Shown: positions 23,877-33,979 of the stretch, one piece after another
Numbering within the stretch: the first letter of the stretch is position 1
How the letters are laid out: the number at the start of each line of letters is the position of its first letter
Virus record (IMG/VR): IMGVR_UViG_3300032288_004964
Location: 248,001 to 312,000 of that record
DNA length: 64,000 bases
Reading direction: 5' to 3' (one strand)
Program-made: the position numbers and the translations under genes
Notes under the pieces: generated by a model
What the model was told of the DNA's origin: nothing
The model's input: the letters and a program-made list of their open reading frames with translations, nothing else
Database searches by the model: none

Positions 23877-25511
23877 ATGAATTTCATAGAAGAAAAAATA
23901 TTAGAAAAAGGAAATCTCGATAAGTTAAAACTTCGTTTTCCACCAGAACCAAATGGGGCTATACTAAACGATGGTAGAGTTGTCGGTGGTCTTCACTTAG
24001 GACATGCTAAATCCATTATACTAAATTTTGGATTAGCAGAAAAGTATAATGCTACATGTGTGTTAAGGTTTGATGATACAAATCCAACTACTGAAAGAAA
24101 AGAGTTTGTAGATTCAATGATTGAGGATATCAAATGGCTTGGTTATACTCCAAGTGAAATCAGATACACATCTGATTATTTTGATTTTCTTTATGAATGT
24201 GCTGTTACTTTAATTAAGAAAGGATTAGCTTATGTTGATGATTCAACATCTGAAGAAATTGCTAACTTAAAAGGAACTCCAACTTCAGTTGGTAAAGACT
24301 CACCTTATAAATCTAGAAGTATAGAAGAAAACTTAGACTTATTTAATAGAATGAGATTAGGTGAATTCTATGAAGGTTCTAAAATCTTGAGAGCCAATAT
24401 TGATATGACTTCTCCTAATATGATTTTAAGAGATCCGGTTCTTTACAGAATAATATCTAAGTCACATCACAGAACTGGTGATACTTGGAAGATTTATCCA
24501 ATGTATGACTTTGCTCATCCACTTTCAGATTATAAAGAAGGTATCACTGATTCCCTTTGTACTTTAGAATTTGAAGTTCATAGACCTTTATATATGTGGG
24601 TCTTAGAAAATTGTGATTTAGAAAATTCTTTACCAGAAGAAACTGAGTTTGCTCGTTTGAACATTGACTATACGGTTATGTCAAAGAGAAAACTAAAAAG
24701 ATTAGTTGAAGAAGGATTTGTTGATGGGTGGAATGATCCAAGAATGCCAACTATTTCTGGTTTAAGAAGAAGAGGTTTTACTCCAAACGCTATTAAAGAT
24801 TTCTGCGATAGAATTTCTGTTACCAGAAAAGAATCAGTTGTTTCTTATTTGCTTTTAGAAGAATGTTTAAGAACTGATTTGAATATAGTTACCAATAGAT
24901 TAATGGGTGTTATGGATCCAGTTAAGTTAGTTATTACTAATTGGGATAGCGGAACTGAAATGGTTGAAGTTGAAAATAATCCTGGCGATGAAAGTGCTGG
25001 AGTGAGAATGATTCCTTTTAGTGGTGAATTATTTATTGAAAGAGAAGATTTCAGAGAAGAAGCCAATAAAAAATTTCATAGATTGAAATTAGGTGGAGAA
25101 GTAAGACTAAAAGGAGCTTATGTTATTATGGCTAACGAAGTTATCAAAGATGAATTTGGGGAAATCACTGAGATCAGATGTACTTATGATCCTTTAACAA
25201 GATCGGGTATGACTTTTGAAAGAAAGATTAAAGGAACTATTCACTGGGTATCTGCTGAACACGGAGTTAGAATGGATGTAAATGAATATGATAGATTGTT
25301 CAATGATGAATCACCAGATAAAAATGAAGATGATTTTATCAATTATATCAACCCAGATTCACTTATAATTAATGATAAGGCAATCTTTGAACCTCACGTT
25401 TTAAACGTCAAGGCACCAGTTCAAATGATGAGAAAGGGGTATTATATTTTAGATACTGACGGTAAAAGTTTCAATAAAACGGTAAGTTTGAAAGAAGGTT
25501 GGGTAGGTTAA
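23877..25511 (+). CDS. glnS: Glutaminyl-tRNA synthetase
   Basis: RFPPEPNG, HLGH, RFDDTNP, YPMYDFAH, MSKRK, GWNDPRMPT. Confidence 0.95.
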   Translation: MNFIEEKILEKGNLDKLKLRFPPEPNGAILNDGRVVGGLHLGHAKSIILNFGLAEKYNATCVLRFDDTNPTTERKEFVDSMIEDIKWLGYTPSEIRYTSDYFDFLYECAVTLIKKGLAYVDDSTSEEIANLKGTPTSVGKDSPYKSRSIEENLDLFNRMRLGEFYEGSKILRANIDMTSPNMILRDPVLYRIISKSHHRTGDTWKIYPMYDFAHPLSDYKEGITDSLCTLEFEVHRPLYMWVLENCDLENSLPEETEFARLNIDYTVMSKRKLKRLVEEGFVDGWNDPRMPTISGLRRRGFTPNAIKDFCDRISVTRKESVVSYLLLEECLRTDLNIVTNRLMGVMDPVKLVITNWDSGTEMVEVENNPGDESAGVRMIPFSGELFIEREDFREEANKKFHRLKLGGEVRLKGAYVIMANEVIKDEFGEITEIRCTYDPLTRSGMTFERKIKGTIHWVSAEHGVRMDVNEYDRLFNDESPDKNEDDFINYINPDSLIINDKAIFEPHVLNVKAPVQMMRKGYYILDTDGKSFNKTVSLKEGWVG

Positions 25512-25882
25512 ACTACCTCCCATCTTCCGTCTGATAAAAATTTATAAGAGCCGACAAACTCAAATTTTTTCCATTGGTCTGGAGATATTAAAGAAAGGAA
25601 TTCTTCATTGGATTCCTTTTTATAAAGGTTATATATTTCACCTGTTACTGGTTCAAAATTATGATTAGATTTATATAATCTTTCATTAATTTGAATATCT
25701 TTCATCAGTAGTTCATATTGATTAGCAATTTCTTCAAATTTAGTAGAATAGTATTTCTTTACTTTAGTATTTTTCTCCATTTTAAACAAAGATATATCAT
25801 CTGGTTTAAAATTCTGAGATCCAATTTCGGTTGGATAAGATTTAATTATTTTATCTTCTACAAAGTTATCTGGTCTTTTCAT
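25508..25882 (-). CDS. Hypothetical protein (DUF2452-like)
   Basis: FEPVTGEIYNLY...FLSLISPDQW pattern. Confidence 0.55.
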   Translation of the reverse strand: MKRPDNFVEDKIIKSYPTEIGSQNFKPDDISLFKMEKNTKVKKYYSTKFEEIANQYELLMKDIQINERLYKSNHNFEPVTGEIYNLYKKESNEEFLSLISPDQWKKFEFVGSYKFLSDGRWEVV

Positions 25883-25992
25883 ATTAATTATATAATATAG
25901 TATTTATTAGTTTAAAGTATATCATGATGATACATGAATTTGCTTTTATTAGTTAAATTTTTTTCTTATATTTGTAAATAATATATAATTTA

Positions 25993-26448
25993 ATGACCTC
26001 GGTATTCAAAATAAAATTCGATAAAAATTCTGACTTCTTAAATGATGATTATGAAAGATTGGCAGAGTATGAAAAAGAAGTTATTTCTAATATTGAAGTT
26101 GAATCATTTTTTGATTATGATGATGATGATGATAAATACAACTGTATTTTAATCACAACACACATTGAAATTGAAAAATATATTAGTATATTAAACAATA
26201 ATTTAATTAAATATGAACTAAAAGATTTATCTAAAAGTATATTAAAAGGTAAAATTGATATAGAAGATTTACTAAAAGATAAATATTTACCAACAAGTCA
26301 GATAAAATTTAATATCTTTATGGAAGGTATTAATTACTGGACAATGGAAAATATAGATATTGATACTATACTTGATAGAATATCAGAAGTAGGAATGAAC
26401 AATTTAAAAGAAGTAGAAAAAGATTTTCTCAAAAACTATAAAATATGA
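25993..26448 (+). CDS. Hypothetical protein
   Basis: ORF track; C-terminal IDTILDRISEVGMNNL. Confidence 0.65.
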   Translation: MTSVFKIKFDKNSDFLNDDYERLAEYEKEVISNIEVESFFDYDDDDDKYNCILITTHIEIEKYISILNNNLIKYELKDLSKSILKGKIDIEDLLKDKYLPTSQIKFNIFMEGINYWTMENIDIDTILDRISEVGMNNLKEVEKDFLKNYKI

Positions 26449-26601
26449 AAAATATAATCACTAAAATTTGCCAATCTTTGGCTGATAAAATTATTAAAAA
26501 CATTAAAGAATCTCAGACAGATTTTGAGTATGAGTTTTGGATTTCACAAGGATTAAACCTTGATGATTTCTGTATTAGAAGAGGTATTTATTTAAATTAA
26601 A

Positions 26602-27015
26602 ATGAACTTATTTTTAGACGACATCCGCACTCCGGATATGTCACATAAACCCGGTAAAGGTTTAGGCACAGATTATTCTGATAAAAACAAATGGGTTATT
26701 GCCAGAGATTACTTCCAATTTGTTGATATCATTAATAATCATTTTGATGAAATTGAATTAGTTTCATTTGACCATGACCTTGCTTGTGTTAAAGATGGTA
26801 AAGAATATACTGGTAAAACAGCTGCTGACTACTTAATTAATTACTGTTTAGACAATGATAAAAAGTTTCCAAGTTGGTATGCACATACTGATAATACATC
26901 TGGTCGTCAAAATATAATTGGAGGTATTACTTCTTATTTGAAGAATGTTGAAGGAGTTGATATGTCTAATTTTAGATATTTTCATAATGGAATTTTAAAT
27001 GGTAAAATGGTATGA
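26602..27015 (+). CDS. Cyclic-phosphate-processing receiver-like domain protein
   Basis: LFLDDIR, SFDHDL, TG, HTDN motifs. Confidence 0.65.
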   Translation: MNLFLDDIRTPDMSHKPGKGLGTDYSDKNKWVIARDYFQFVDIINNHFDEIELVSFDHDLACVKDGKEYTGKTAADYLINYCLDNDKKFPSWYAHTDNTSGRQNIIGGITSYLKNVEGVDMSNFRYFHNGILNGKMV

Positions 27016-27326
27016 GTAATTTTATAGCAAGACATATAATAAGTAAAATAGAATCAGAGATAAAAAAGAAACAAGCTATTTTAAAGCATGAAAGTTTCTA
27101 TTACTTTGATGTTCCTGTTAGTAACGGTGTTAAAAAAATTAATAGATTTAATAGATGGAACCCTTATATGACAGAAGAAATATTACCTTATAGTTGGTAT
27201 ACTTTACAAGGTAGTACTCTTATGGAGATTTTAGATAAAATTAAAAACAATAAATTCTACATTTATAAAAAAGTAAATGGTAAAGATTGTAAAACAAGAA
27301 TAAGAAATGAGCAAATTAAAAGATAA
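27012..27326 (+). CDS. Hypothetical protein
   Basis: ORF track. Confidence 0.6.
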   Translation: MSNFIARHIISKIESEIKKKQAILKHESFYYFDVPVSNGVKKINRFNRWNPYMTEEILPYSWYTLQGSTLMEILDKIKNNKFYIYKKVNGKDCKTRIRNEQIKR

Positions 27327-28026
27327 GGATTTTAAAGGATATGGTTTACAATATGAGTATAATACTCAAAGTAATTGTTATGAACATGCTTGTGATGATG
27401 AAGGAATTTGTCGTTGTTCTACAATAGAAAATGCTCGTGTTGAAAATGTTGATGTTAAAATAATTGTAGATAAGATTTATGCTTTATATTTTGATAATTC
27501 AAAATCTACTAAAAGACATAATACTATCAATTCTATTTTATATGGAATGGATAAAGAAATTGACATCTATACTATAGATAGAATTGTTAGAGCTCATAAA
27601 ATTTGGAAAAATGATAATTGGGATATTTCAATTGAAGGTGGTTATTATGGAGAAGAATTAGGAGATATTAAAATAATTGAGTCACTTGCTAAAAGAATTG
27701 AGAGTGATTTAGAATTGGCTTTTGATATTGATGATTTGGATAAAAGAATTGAATTCATTCTAAATGTTGAATATGGATATATTTTACCAGAATTAGTAAA
27801 TTCTAAATATGAAATAGTGGATATTAAAAAATCAGATATTATATTTGGAAGCGATGATCATTATAAAAAAATACAAACAGAAAATTTAGAACATTATTCT
27901 AATAAGAATTATACTGGTATCAGGGGTATTGTTAAGGAAAAAGATAGTAAGTTTAGACTAATAGATGGATATCACCGTGTCTATAAATTTGATGGTGATT
28001 TAATTAAAGTTTTAAAAGCAAAATGA
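27307..28026 (+). CDS. Hypothetical protein with C-terminal ParB-like motif
   Basis: LIDGYHR. Confidence 0.6.
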   Translation: MSKLKDKDFKGYGLQYEYNTQSNCYEHACDDEGICRCSTIENARVENVDVKIIVDKIYALYFDNSKSTKRHNTINSILYGMDKEIDIYTIDRIVRAHKIWKNDNWDISIEGGYYGEELGDIKIIESLAKRIESDLELAFDIDDLDKRIEFILNVEYGYILPELVNSKYEIVDIKKSDIIFGSDDHYKKIQTENLEHYSNKNYTGIRGIVKEKDSKFRLIDGYHRVYKFDGDLIKVLKAK

Positions 28027-28448
28027 TTAATTTTTTTCATCATGGAAATAATATCGGATTCTCCTTTAATGGAGTTTCCGGTTTTATTTTGCTATTTTTT
28101 TTAATATATGAAGTAGGATTTTTTCTTTTTACAAGAACATTTACTATTCATAAAATATACCTTTACATTGTAGTTAGAAGACAATTAAAACAAATGATAC
28201 CTAAATGGTGGGAAATAAACAGTATGAGTTTTGTTTATATTCATAAAAAAAATAAATACTATGAGGTTTATATTAAACTTCGTAGAAAATTTAATGAAGG
28301 ATGGGCAAATGATTTTATTAAAGTAAATTCTATCGGTAAAATAATTAACTCAGATTTTATGAACTATATTAATGAATATGATCAAAAATATCAAAATGAA
28401 ATTAAACAATGGATGAGAAATAAGGCTTTAGAAGATATTGGAATTTAA
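28023..28448 (+). CDS. Hypothetical membrane protein
   Basis: N-terminal TM; C-terminal RNKALEDIGI. Confidence 0.6.
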   Translation: MINFFHHGNNIGFSFNGVSGFILLFFLIYEVGFFLFTRTFTIHKIYLYIVVRRQLKQMIPKWWEINSMSFVYIHKKNKYYEVYIKLRRKFNEGWANDFIKVNSIGKIINSDFMNYINEYDQKYQNEIKQWMRNKALEDIGI

Positions 28449-30319
28449 GACCAAGATTCATTTTCTAACTCTTCAAACCTTTCTGATAATTTATTTAATC
28501 TTTTTCTTACTTTATCTCTGTATTCTTCTTCATTTTCAAATTCTAATTCTAATTTTAATTGACCTGTATAAGATAAAATATCATTTAATCTTTTAATTTC
28601 ATATTTATATCTTGATGTTAATGTCTTTATAACTGGTGCTAAATTTAATTGATATGAAAATTTATCAATATTTATATGAACATCATCTTCTATATCATAA
28701 CCTAAAATATCAGCATCTGACTTAGATAAATATTCAATACCCATTATATCAACAGAATCATCTTTATTTGGCCCAGTTACCAAATATACAGTAGTTGATA
28801 TAGCCTTAGGAATCCAATTGCTCTTACTGTCTTTAGTCATTATTGATTTTAAAATATAAGAATAATCATTCCATTCATTCCATCTATCAGATAATTTTTC
28901 AAACCAATAAGAACTTTCATCTATTCCAACAATATTTGGATCTCCATCATAGTACCAATCCGCCTCATCCCAATCTTCAATACTACCATCTGAATAAACT
29001 TTACTAATTGCTTTTTGAGCATTCTCTTTGTATATATGGTAACCTTTAGCTTCTGAATAAACACAATCATTAACATGTAAATATTCATCAATAGATTCAT
29101 CAAATACTATCTCTTCATAATCATCAGGATACCAACCTCTGTATCTTCTACTTCCCATAGTAACTTGAACTGATTGGTCTCTTAGAAGAAAATCACCAAG
29201 TGGATCAGAATAAACAGATTCATCTTCGGGTATTCTTCTATCATACCATTCAGAATAAACACCACCTTCTATTTCATTATATCCACCAGATGTTGAATCT
29301 AAGATATATTGGCCTTCATTTTCATCTGTATCATCATCATTATAAAAATAACCATCATTTGGATTATATCTTCTGAAAGTATCCATATAAGGATATTTAA
29401 GATAATCATAATCTCCATCTTTAAATGGTTTAACCTTTACAGTCATTCCAACATTTTTGTCTACACCTTCTATATTAACTGTTCCATAGCTGTGGTGATT
29501 GTTATATGACTTATAACACCAACCTTGTTCTTTAGCATAATTTCTAAACTTTTGAACATCAGAATCTTTTATAGTATATTGTCTATCCATAAAATATTCA
29601 ATACCTTCTACTGGTTTACCTAAACTTCTGATAGATGTTAATTTCCAAACAAGAGCTCTTCCTAAAATCTTATCATCTTCTTTTAAGATAACCATTTTAC
29701 ATACTTCAGGATTCATTTCATATATTCTAAATATAGAACTATTTTTCTCAGCCATACAAGAACTACCAAGTGTTCCAGATACTTCAGCATAGTTTTTAGA
29801 ATTATACCAAAATCCAATATCAACACCTTCAACAACTTCAAATTTCTCAGTGGATTTTTCTAAAGCAGCTTTAAATGAATTAACAAAATCTTCTCTTTGT
29901 TTATCATTATATTTACCAGGAAATAATTTATTAATGAATTTGCCTATTGTAATTTGACTTCTTGATTTGGTTGAAACACCACTAGCTCTTGATGATCCTC
30001 TTTTATCTAAATCAAAAAGTTCATCTGCTAAAGCTCTATCAACTTTAGTATCAATATCATCTATATGTGGGAATTTCTCAATAATATTCTTTTTAGCATT
30101 TCTCATAGTTGAGAAACTTAAATACCCTTCTTTGTCTAAATCAACAAAAGTAATATCTGGTTTAATATCAGTAGTTTCTGATCTTCTTAAATCTAAAGCA
30201 ATATCAGAATCTATTTTACCAATAATCTTTCTTAAATCAGGAGAATAATAAAGTATAGACTCATTTATTGCCTTCTCAAGTAATAACTCAGATAAAAAAC
30301 TATTATATTTGCTAATCAT
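28445..30319 (-). CDS. Large acidic hypothetical protein
   Basis: ORF track; MISKYNSFLSE start; late motif upstream. Confidence 0.7.
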   Translation of the reverse strand: MISKYNSFLSELLLEKAINESILYYSPDLRKIIGKIDSDIALDLRRSETTDIKPDITFVDLDKEGYLSFSTMRNAKKNIIEKFPHIDDIDTKVDRALADELFDLDKRGSSRASGVSTKSRSQITIGKFINKLFPGKYNDKQREDFVNSFKAALEKSTEKFEVVEGVDIGFWYNSKNYAEVSGTLGSSCMAEKNSSIFRIYEMNPEVCKMVILKEDDKILGRALVWKLTSIRSLGKPVEGIEYFMDRQYTIKDSDVQKFRNYAKEQGWCYKSYNNHHSYGTVNIEGVDKNVGMTVKVKPFKDGDYDYLKYPYMDTFRRYNPNDGYFYNDDDTDENEGQYILDSTSGGYNEIEGGVYSEWYDRRIPEDESVYSDPLGDFLLRDQSVQVTMGSRRYRGWYPDDYEEIVFDESIDEYLHVNDCVYSEAKGYHIYKENAQKAISKVYSDGSIEDWDEADWYYDGDPNIVGIDESSYWFEKLSDRWNEWNDYSYILKSIMTKDSKSNWIPKAISTTVYLVTGPNKDDSVDIMGIEYLSKSDADILGYDIEDDVHINIDKFSYQLNLAPVIKTLTSRYKYEIKRLNDILSYTGQLKLELEFENEEEYRDKVRKRLNKLSERFEELENESWS

Positions 30320-30395
30320 ATAACTCTATATATTAAAATTTAGTTTTTAATAAATAGATTTAGTATATTTGTATATCAAAAAATAATTTACATTA

Positions 30396-31478
30396 ATGAA
30401 AATAAAAAAGTTTAATCAGTTTAATACATCTGAATGGATTGGTCCTCTTGAAATATTGGATATAAAAGATAATATTGTCTTTACTAACTTTGGTAATTTC
30501 TCTAATAAATCAGGAAATAAACTTACTATTGGTTATTCTTATATTTTAAGAGTTGTTGGTAATGAAATAATTGATACGGGAATGAGTTGTGTGGATTTAG
30601 TTGTTCTAGTTAAATCTACAAAAGGTTATAAAGTTCTTTCTATTAAAAGAGGTAGACCGCCATTTGTAGGTATGTGGGCTAATCCAGGTGGGAATATTGA
30701 TGAAGGTGAGAAACCTTTAGATGCTGCTGTTAGAGAATTAGAAGAAGAAACTGGATTGGTTATACCTGGTAAAAGTTTTAATTATGTTGGATCATTTGAT
30801 AAAGAGTTTAGAGATCCTCGTAATAAAAATTGTGTAAGTCACGCTTTTAGTATTGTTCTTGATGAACAACCTTCTGTTAAAGCAGGTGATGATGCTACAG
30901 AGTGTACTTGGAATGATGTAGATGAAAATGGTAATGTAAAAGTAGATATGGCTTTTGACCATTCTGAAATAATTAAAAAATCTGTAAATATGTTAAATTT
31001 AAAAAATGTTAAAGAACCATTTGTTATTGTCTTGGTTGGACCACCATTATCTGGTAAAACAACTTGGATTAAAAATAATTATCCAACAACTGAGGTGATT
31101 AGTCGTGATGAGATTGTTATGGAAGTTTATGGTTCTAAAAACTATACAGAGGCATTTAAAAATGTTGACCAAAAAGAAGTAGATAAAGTTTTACATGAAA
31201 GACTTGTTGATGCTAACTTGAAAAAGAAAAATGTTATTATTGACATGACTCATATGGCTTCTAAACGCAGAAAACATAATCTAAATTACTTTTCTGATGA
31301 TTATTACAAGATGGCTGTTATTTTCCCTATTCTTTCAGATGATGAATATGAAAGAAGAAATAAAAAAAGAATTGAAGAAGAGAATAAAGATCTTCCAATG
31401 AATATTGTAAAAAGTATGATTTCATCATATCAACCTATCAGTCCAGAGGAAGGCTTTGATAAAGTTATCTCAATTTAA
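30396..31478 (+). CDS. NUDIX hydrolase fused to a P-loop (polynucleotide-kinase-like) domain
   Basis: GGNIDEGE...AAVRELEEETG NUDIX box; GPPLSGKT Walker A followed by ISRD. Confidence 0.8.
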   Translation: MKIKKFNQFNTSEWIGPLEILDIKDNIVFTNFGNFSNKSGNKLTIGYSYILRVVGNEIIDTGMSCVDLVVLVKSTKGYKVLSIKRGRPPFVGMWANPGGNIDEGEKPLDAAVRELEEETGLVIPGKSFNYVGSFDKEFRDPRNKNCVSHAFSIVLDEQPSVKAGDDATECTWNDVDENGNVKVDMAFDHSEIIKKSVNMLNLKNVKEPFVIVLVGPPLSGKTTWIKNNYPTTEVISRDEIVMEVYGSKNYTEAFKNVDQKEVDKVLHERLVDANLKKKNVIIDMTHMASKRRKHNLNYFSDDYYKMAVIFPILSDDEYERRNKKRIEEENKDLPMNIVKSMISSYQPISPEEGFDKVISI

Positions 31479-31558
31479 TAAAAAAATCCAAGATTAATCT
31501 TGGATTTTTTGGTATTTAAGAACATTTATATTATATTTGTCTTAAATATAAGATATAT

Positions 31559-31915
31559 ATGAACAATTTAGATACAACATACTCTTTGAAGCTAAATAAT
31601 CTTAAATTACAAGATGGTGACTATGTAAAATCAAGTAATTGGGATGAAAAGATTTATGAGTCTGGTGGATTCTCAAGAGATGATCAGTTTATGGTTTTTA
31701 ATTGTGATGGTATCGAAGTTGTTGTTGATTTTGAACTTACTGTTGCTGGTAGAGTTAGTTATGATCCAGGTGATTATTGGACTCCACCATATACTGACAT
31801 AGATTTTACCGATATTGAAGTAAAAGTAAAGTCTTTAGTTGTTGATGAATGGGAAGTTGAATTGACCAAGGAAATTGAAGATTTCCTTGTAAAAGAAATA
31901 AAAAATTATTTATAA
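31559..31915 (+). CDS. Hypothetical protein
   Basis: ORF track; GDYWTPP motif. Confidence 0.65.
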   Translation: MNNLDTTYSLKLNNLKLQDGDYVKSSNWDEKIYESGGFSRDDQFMVFNCDGIEVVVDFELTVAGRVSYDPGDYWTPPYTDIDFTDIEVKVKSLVVDEWEVELTKEIEDFLVKEIKNYL

Positions 31916-31916
31916 A

Positions 31917-32255
31917 ATGAATAAAGTCTATTTTGACAAAGAGTTTTATGGATGTTGGGTGGTAAAAGAACTTGATGATATTTACACCTTTAAATACATT
32001 AACATAAAAACAAATGAGGAATTCAATGGAATTCTTACTTGGAAAAAATCAGTTAATAATGAAGATTATGGATTAGATGATAATTGTCGTCTTTATTCAT
32101 TAGATTTAATGGATGAAGAATTTCTATTTTATGGTAAATACATTAATGATAGATTTTTTATCTATTCAATTGATAAAGATAAATTAGAAAAACTTTTTAC
32201 AGAAAAAGATATTGCATTTGTTGGTAGTGAACTAGTAGAAGATGTTAGTAACTAA
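31917..32255 (+). CDS. Hypothetical protein
   Basis: ORF track. Confidence 0.6.
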   Translation: MNKVYFDKEFYGCWVVKELDDIYTFKYINIKTNEEFNGILTWKKSVNNEDYGLDDNCRLYSLDLMDEEFLFYGKYINDRFFIYSIDKDKLEKLFTEKDIAFVGSELVEDVSN

Positions 32256-32529
32256 GGAAGAAGTAATTGAATATACTAAGAATCATCTAAAAATGAGTAG
32301 TGACTTTGGCCCATTTTATAAGATCAAAGATATCAAAATTTTAGAAGTTACTATAAATGATCCATTTGCAGTAGCATATGTTCAATATAAAACAGAAGTC
32401 TATAAAATACATGATGGATTTATTCCAAATGTTGGTAAGTTTGTAGATGGTACTTTAACAATTGATTTAACTGAACCCGAATTTAAAAGAGATATAAAAA
32501 TAAATAGAATATTAAACCCAGATAATTAG
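32242..32529 (+). CDS. Hypothetical protein (C-terminal RDIKINRIL)
   Basis: ORF track. Confidence 0.6.
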   Translation: MLVTKEEVIEYTKNHLKMSSDFGPFYKIKDIKILEVTINDPFAVAYVQYKTEVYKIHDGFIPNVGKFVDGTLTIDLTEPEFKRDIKINRILNPDN

Positions 32530-32559
32530 TCTGGGTTTTTTATTTTAATATATACTCTT

Positions 32560-33411
32560 ATGAAAGTAAGAAAATTAGGAGATAAAAAGCCAAAAGTTTT
32601 AATATTTCAAGGTTCACCAAGAGATAAAGATACTTGTCCTAATATGGATTCTAAAACACATGGTGTTGTAGATCATATGGTTGATAAATGGTCTCCATTT
32701 GTTAATTTCAAAGTTATAGATCTTGCTGTTAATCAATCTAAAAGACCTACAATTCAACCTTGTAAAGGATGTGTATCAACTGCTGGTGGATATCACTGTC
32801 ACTTTCAGTGTTCTTGTTACTATAAAGGTGATAAACAAAAGCCAGATTTGTTAAAAGAATTAGATGTTTATAATTTATTACAAGAGTGTGATGCTTTTAT
32901 TATAGTTTCACCGATTCATTGGCATTCACTTTCCTCACAAATAAAATTATTATTTGACCGTTTAGTTTGTGTTAATCAAACATTGACTATTGAAGATGCT
33001 AGAAAGATAATGGGTGATGGTAATATTAAAAATTCTGAAATAACTGGTAAGTTTGCCCGTTCTGGAAAACATGATGATATGTTAAGAAATCATTTAGAAG
33101 GAAAAGTTGCGGCTTTTTATACACATGGTGATGATGGTGCTGATGATTATGAAGGTAAGGAAATGCCTGAATCATATAATGATGTAATGCATGACCCTTT
33201 CTCTATTGACCCAAAAAGTGTTTTAACACCTTTTATATTACAATTAAAATACTCTGGTATTTTTGTTCCTGATAATTTAGTAGAAGCTTTTTATACTAAT
33301 AAGGGAATGAATTATTATGATGCTAATAAAACATTTAATAAGAATAAAGAGTTCTTTGATAGAGCTGATAACTTATTAGAAAATTTATTAGATTATTTAG
33401 ATACTCTTTAA
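32560..33411 (+). CDS. Flavodoxin-like / iron-sulfur flavoprotein (FMN reductase family)
   Basis: GSPR, PCKGC...CHFQCSC, SPIHW...IKLLFDRL. Confidence 0.75.
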   Translation: MKVRKLGDKKPKVLIFQGSPRDKDTCPNMDSKTHGVVDHMVDKWSPFVNFKVIDLAVNQSKRPTIQPCKGCVSTAGGYHCHFQCSCYYKGDKQKPDLLKELDVYNLLQECDAFIIVSPIHWHSLSSQIKLLFDRLVCVNQTLTIEDARKIMGDGNIKNSEITGKFARSGKHDDMLRNHLEGKVAAFYTHGDDGADDYEGKEMPESYNDVMHDPFSIDPKSVLTPFILQLKYSGIFVPDNLVEAFYTNKGMNYYDANKTFNKNKEFFDRADNLLENLLDYLDTL

Positions 33412-33610
33412 AACTTCCTTTAATTTTTTTATAGAAATTTTACAAAAAATTTGGTGAGATTAAAAATCCTCCTTATCTTTGTATAAGAAATCAGAAATGA
33501 TTTTAGTTCATTGAAATAGTTTATTGAAAATATACCAAAACGGTGAGAGATATTAAAAGTAGTACACTAAGTACGAGCTCATATGGGAGGCTGTCACCGT
33601 CCGCAAATTT

Positions 33611-33695
33611 GAGGAAGTTCCAGAGTGGTCAAATGGGGCTGTGTAGTAACACGGCTGACTTTTAGTCTTCAGAGGTTCAAATCCTTTCTTTCTCA
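33611..33695 (+). tRNA. tRNA-Tyr-like with 8-nt anticodon loop
   Basis: gctgt-GTAGTAAC-acggc; long V-arm; A73. Confidence 0.6.
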
Positions 33696-33785
33696 CAAAA
33701 AATATTTTGAAAAACATTTGGTAGAATAAAAAAAAGTTTCTATCTTTGTAAAACAAAATTAAAAGGTATTATATAAAAAACATAT

Positions 33786-33861
33786 TGCGGGAGGGTGAAA
33801 CGGAAAATCATTCCAGGCTCATAACCTGACGAGATACTTGGTTCGACTCCAAGTCCCGCTA
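33786..33861 (+). tRNA. Initiator-type tRNA-Met(CAT)
   Basis: cagg-CTCATAA-cctg; 1:72 mismatch. Confidence 0.75.
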
Positions 33862-33895
33862 CTAAAAAAAGTTTTTATAAATTTTTTACAAAAGA

Positions 33896-33976
33896 TTTGG
33901 ATAATTAAAAAAAAGTTTCTATCTTTGTAAAACAAAATTAAAAACAAAACTATAAAAATAGTTCTTTAACATATTG
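33896..33976 (+). promoter_or_regulatory. Host-type promoter followed by a boxA-like element
   Basis: tttggataatt...tatctttgta, then gttctttaacatattg; the promoter is nearly duplicated at ~33717. Confidence 0.65.
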
Positions 33977-33979
33977 AAA

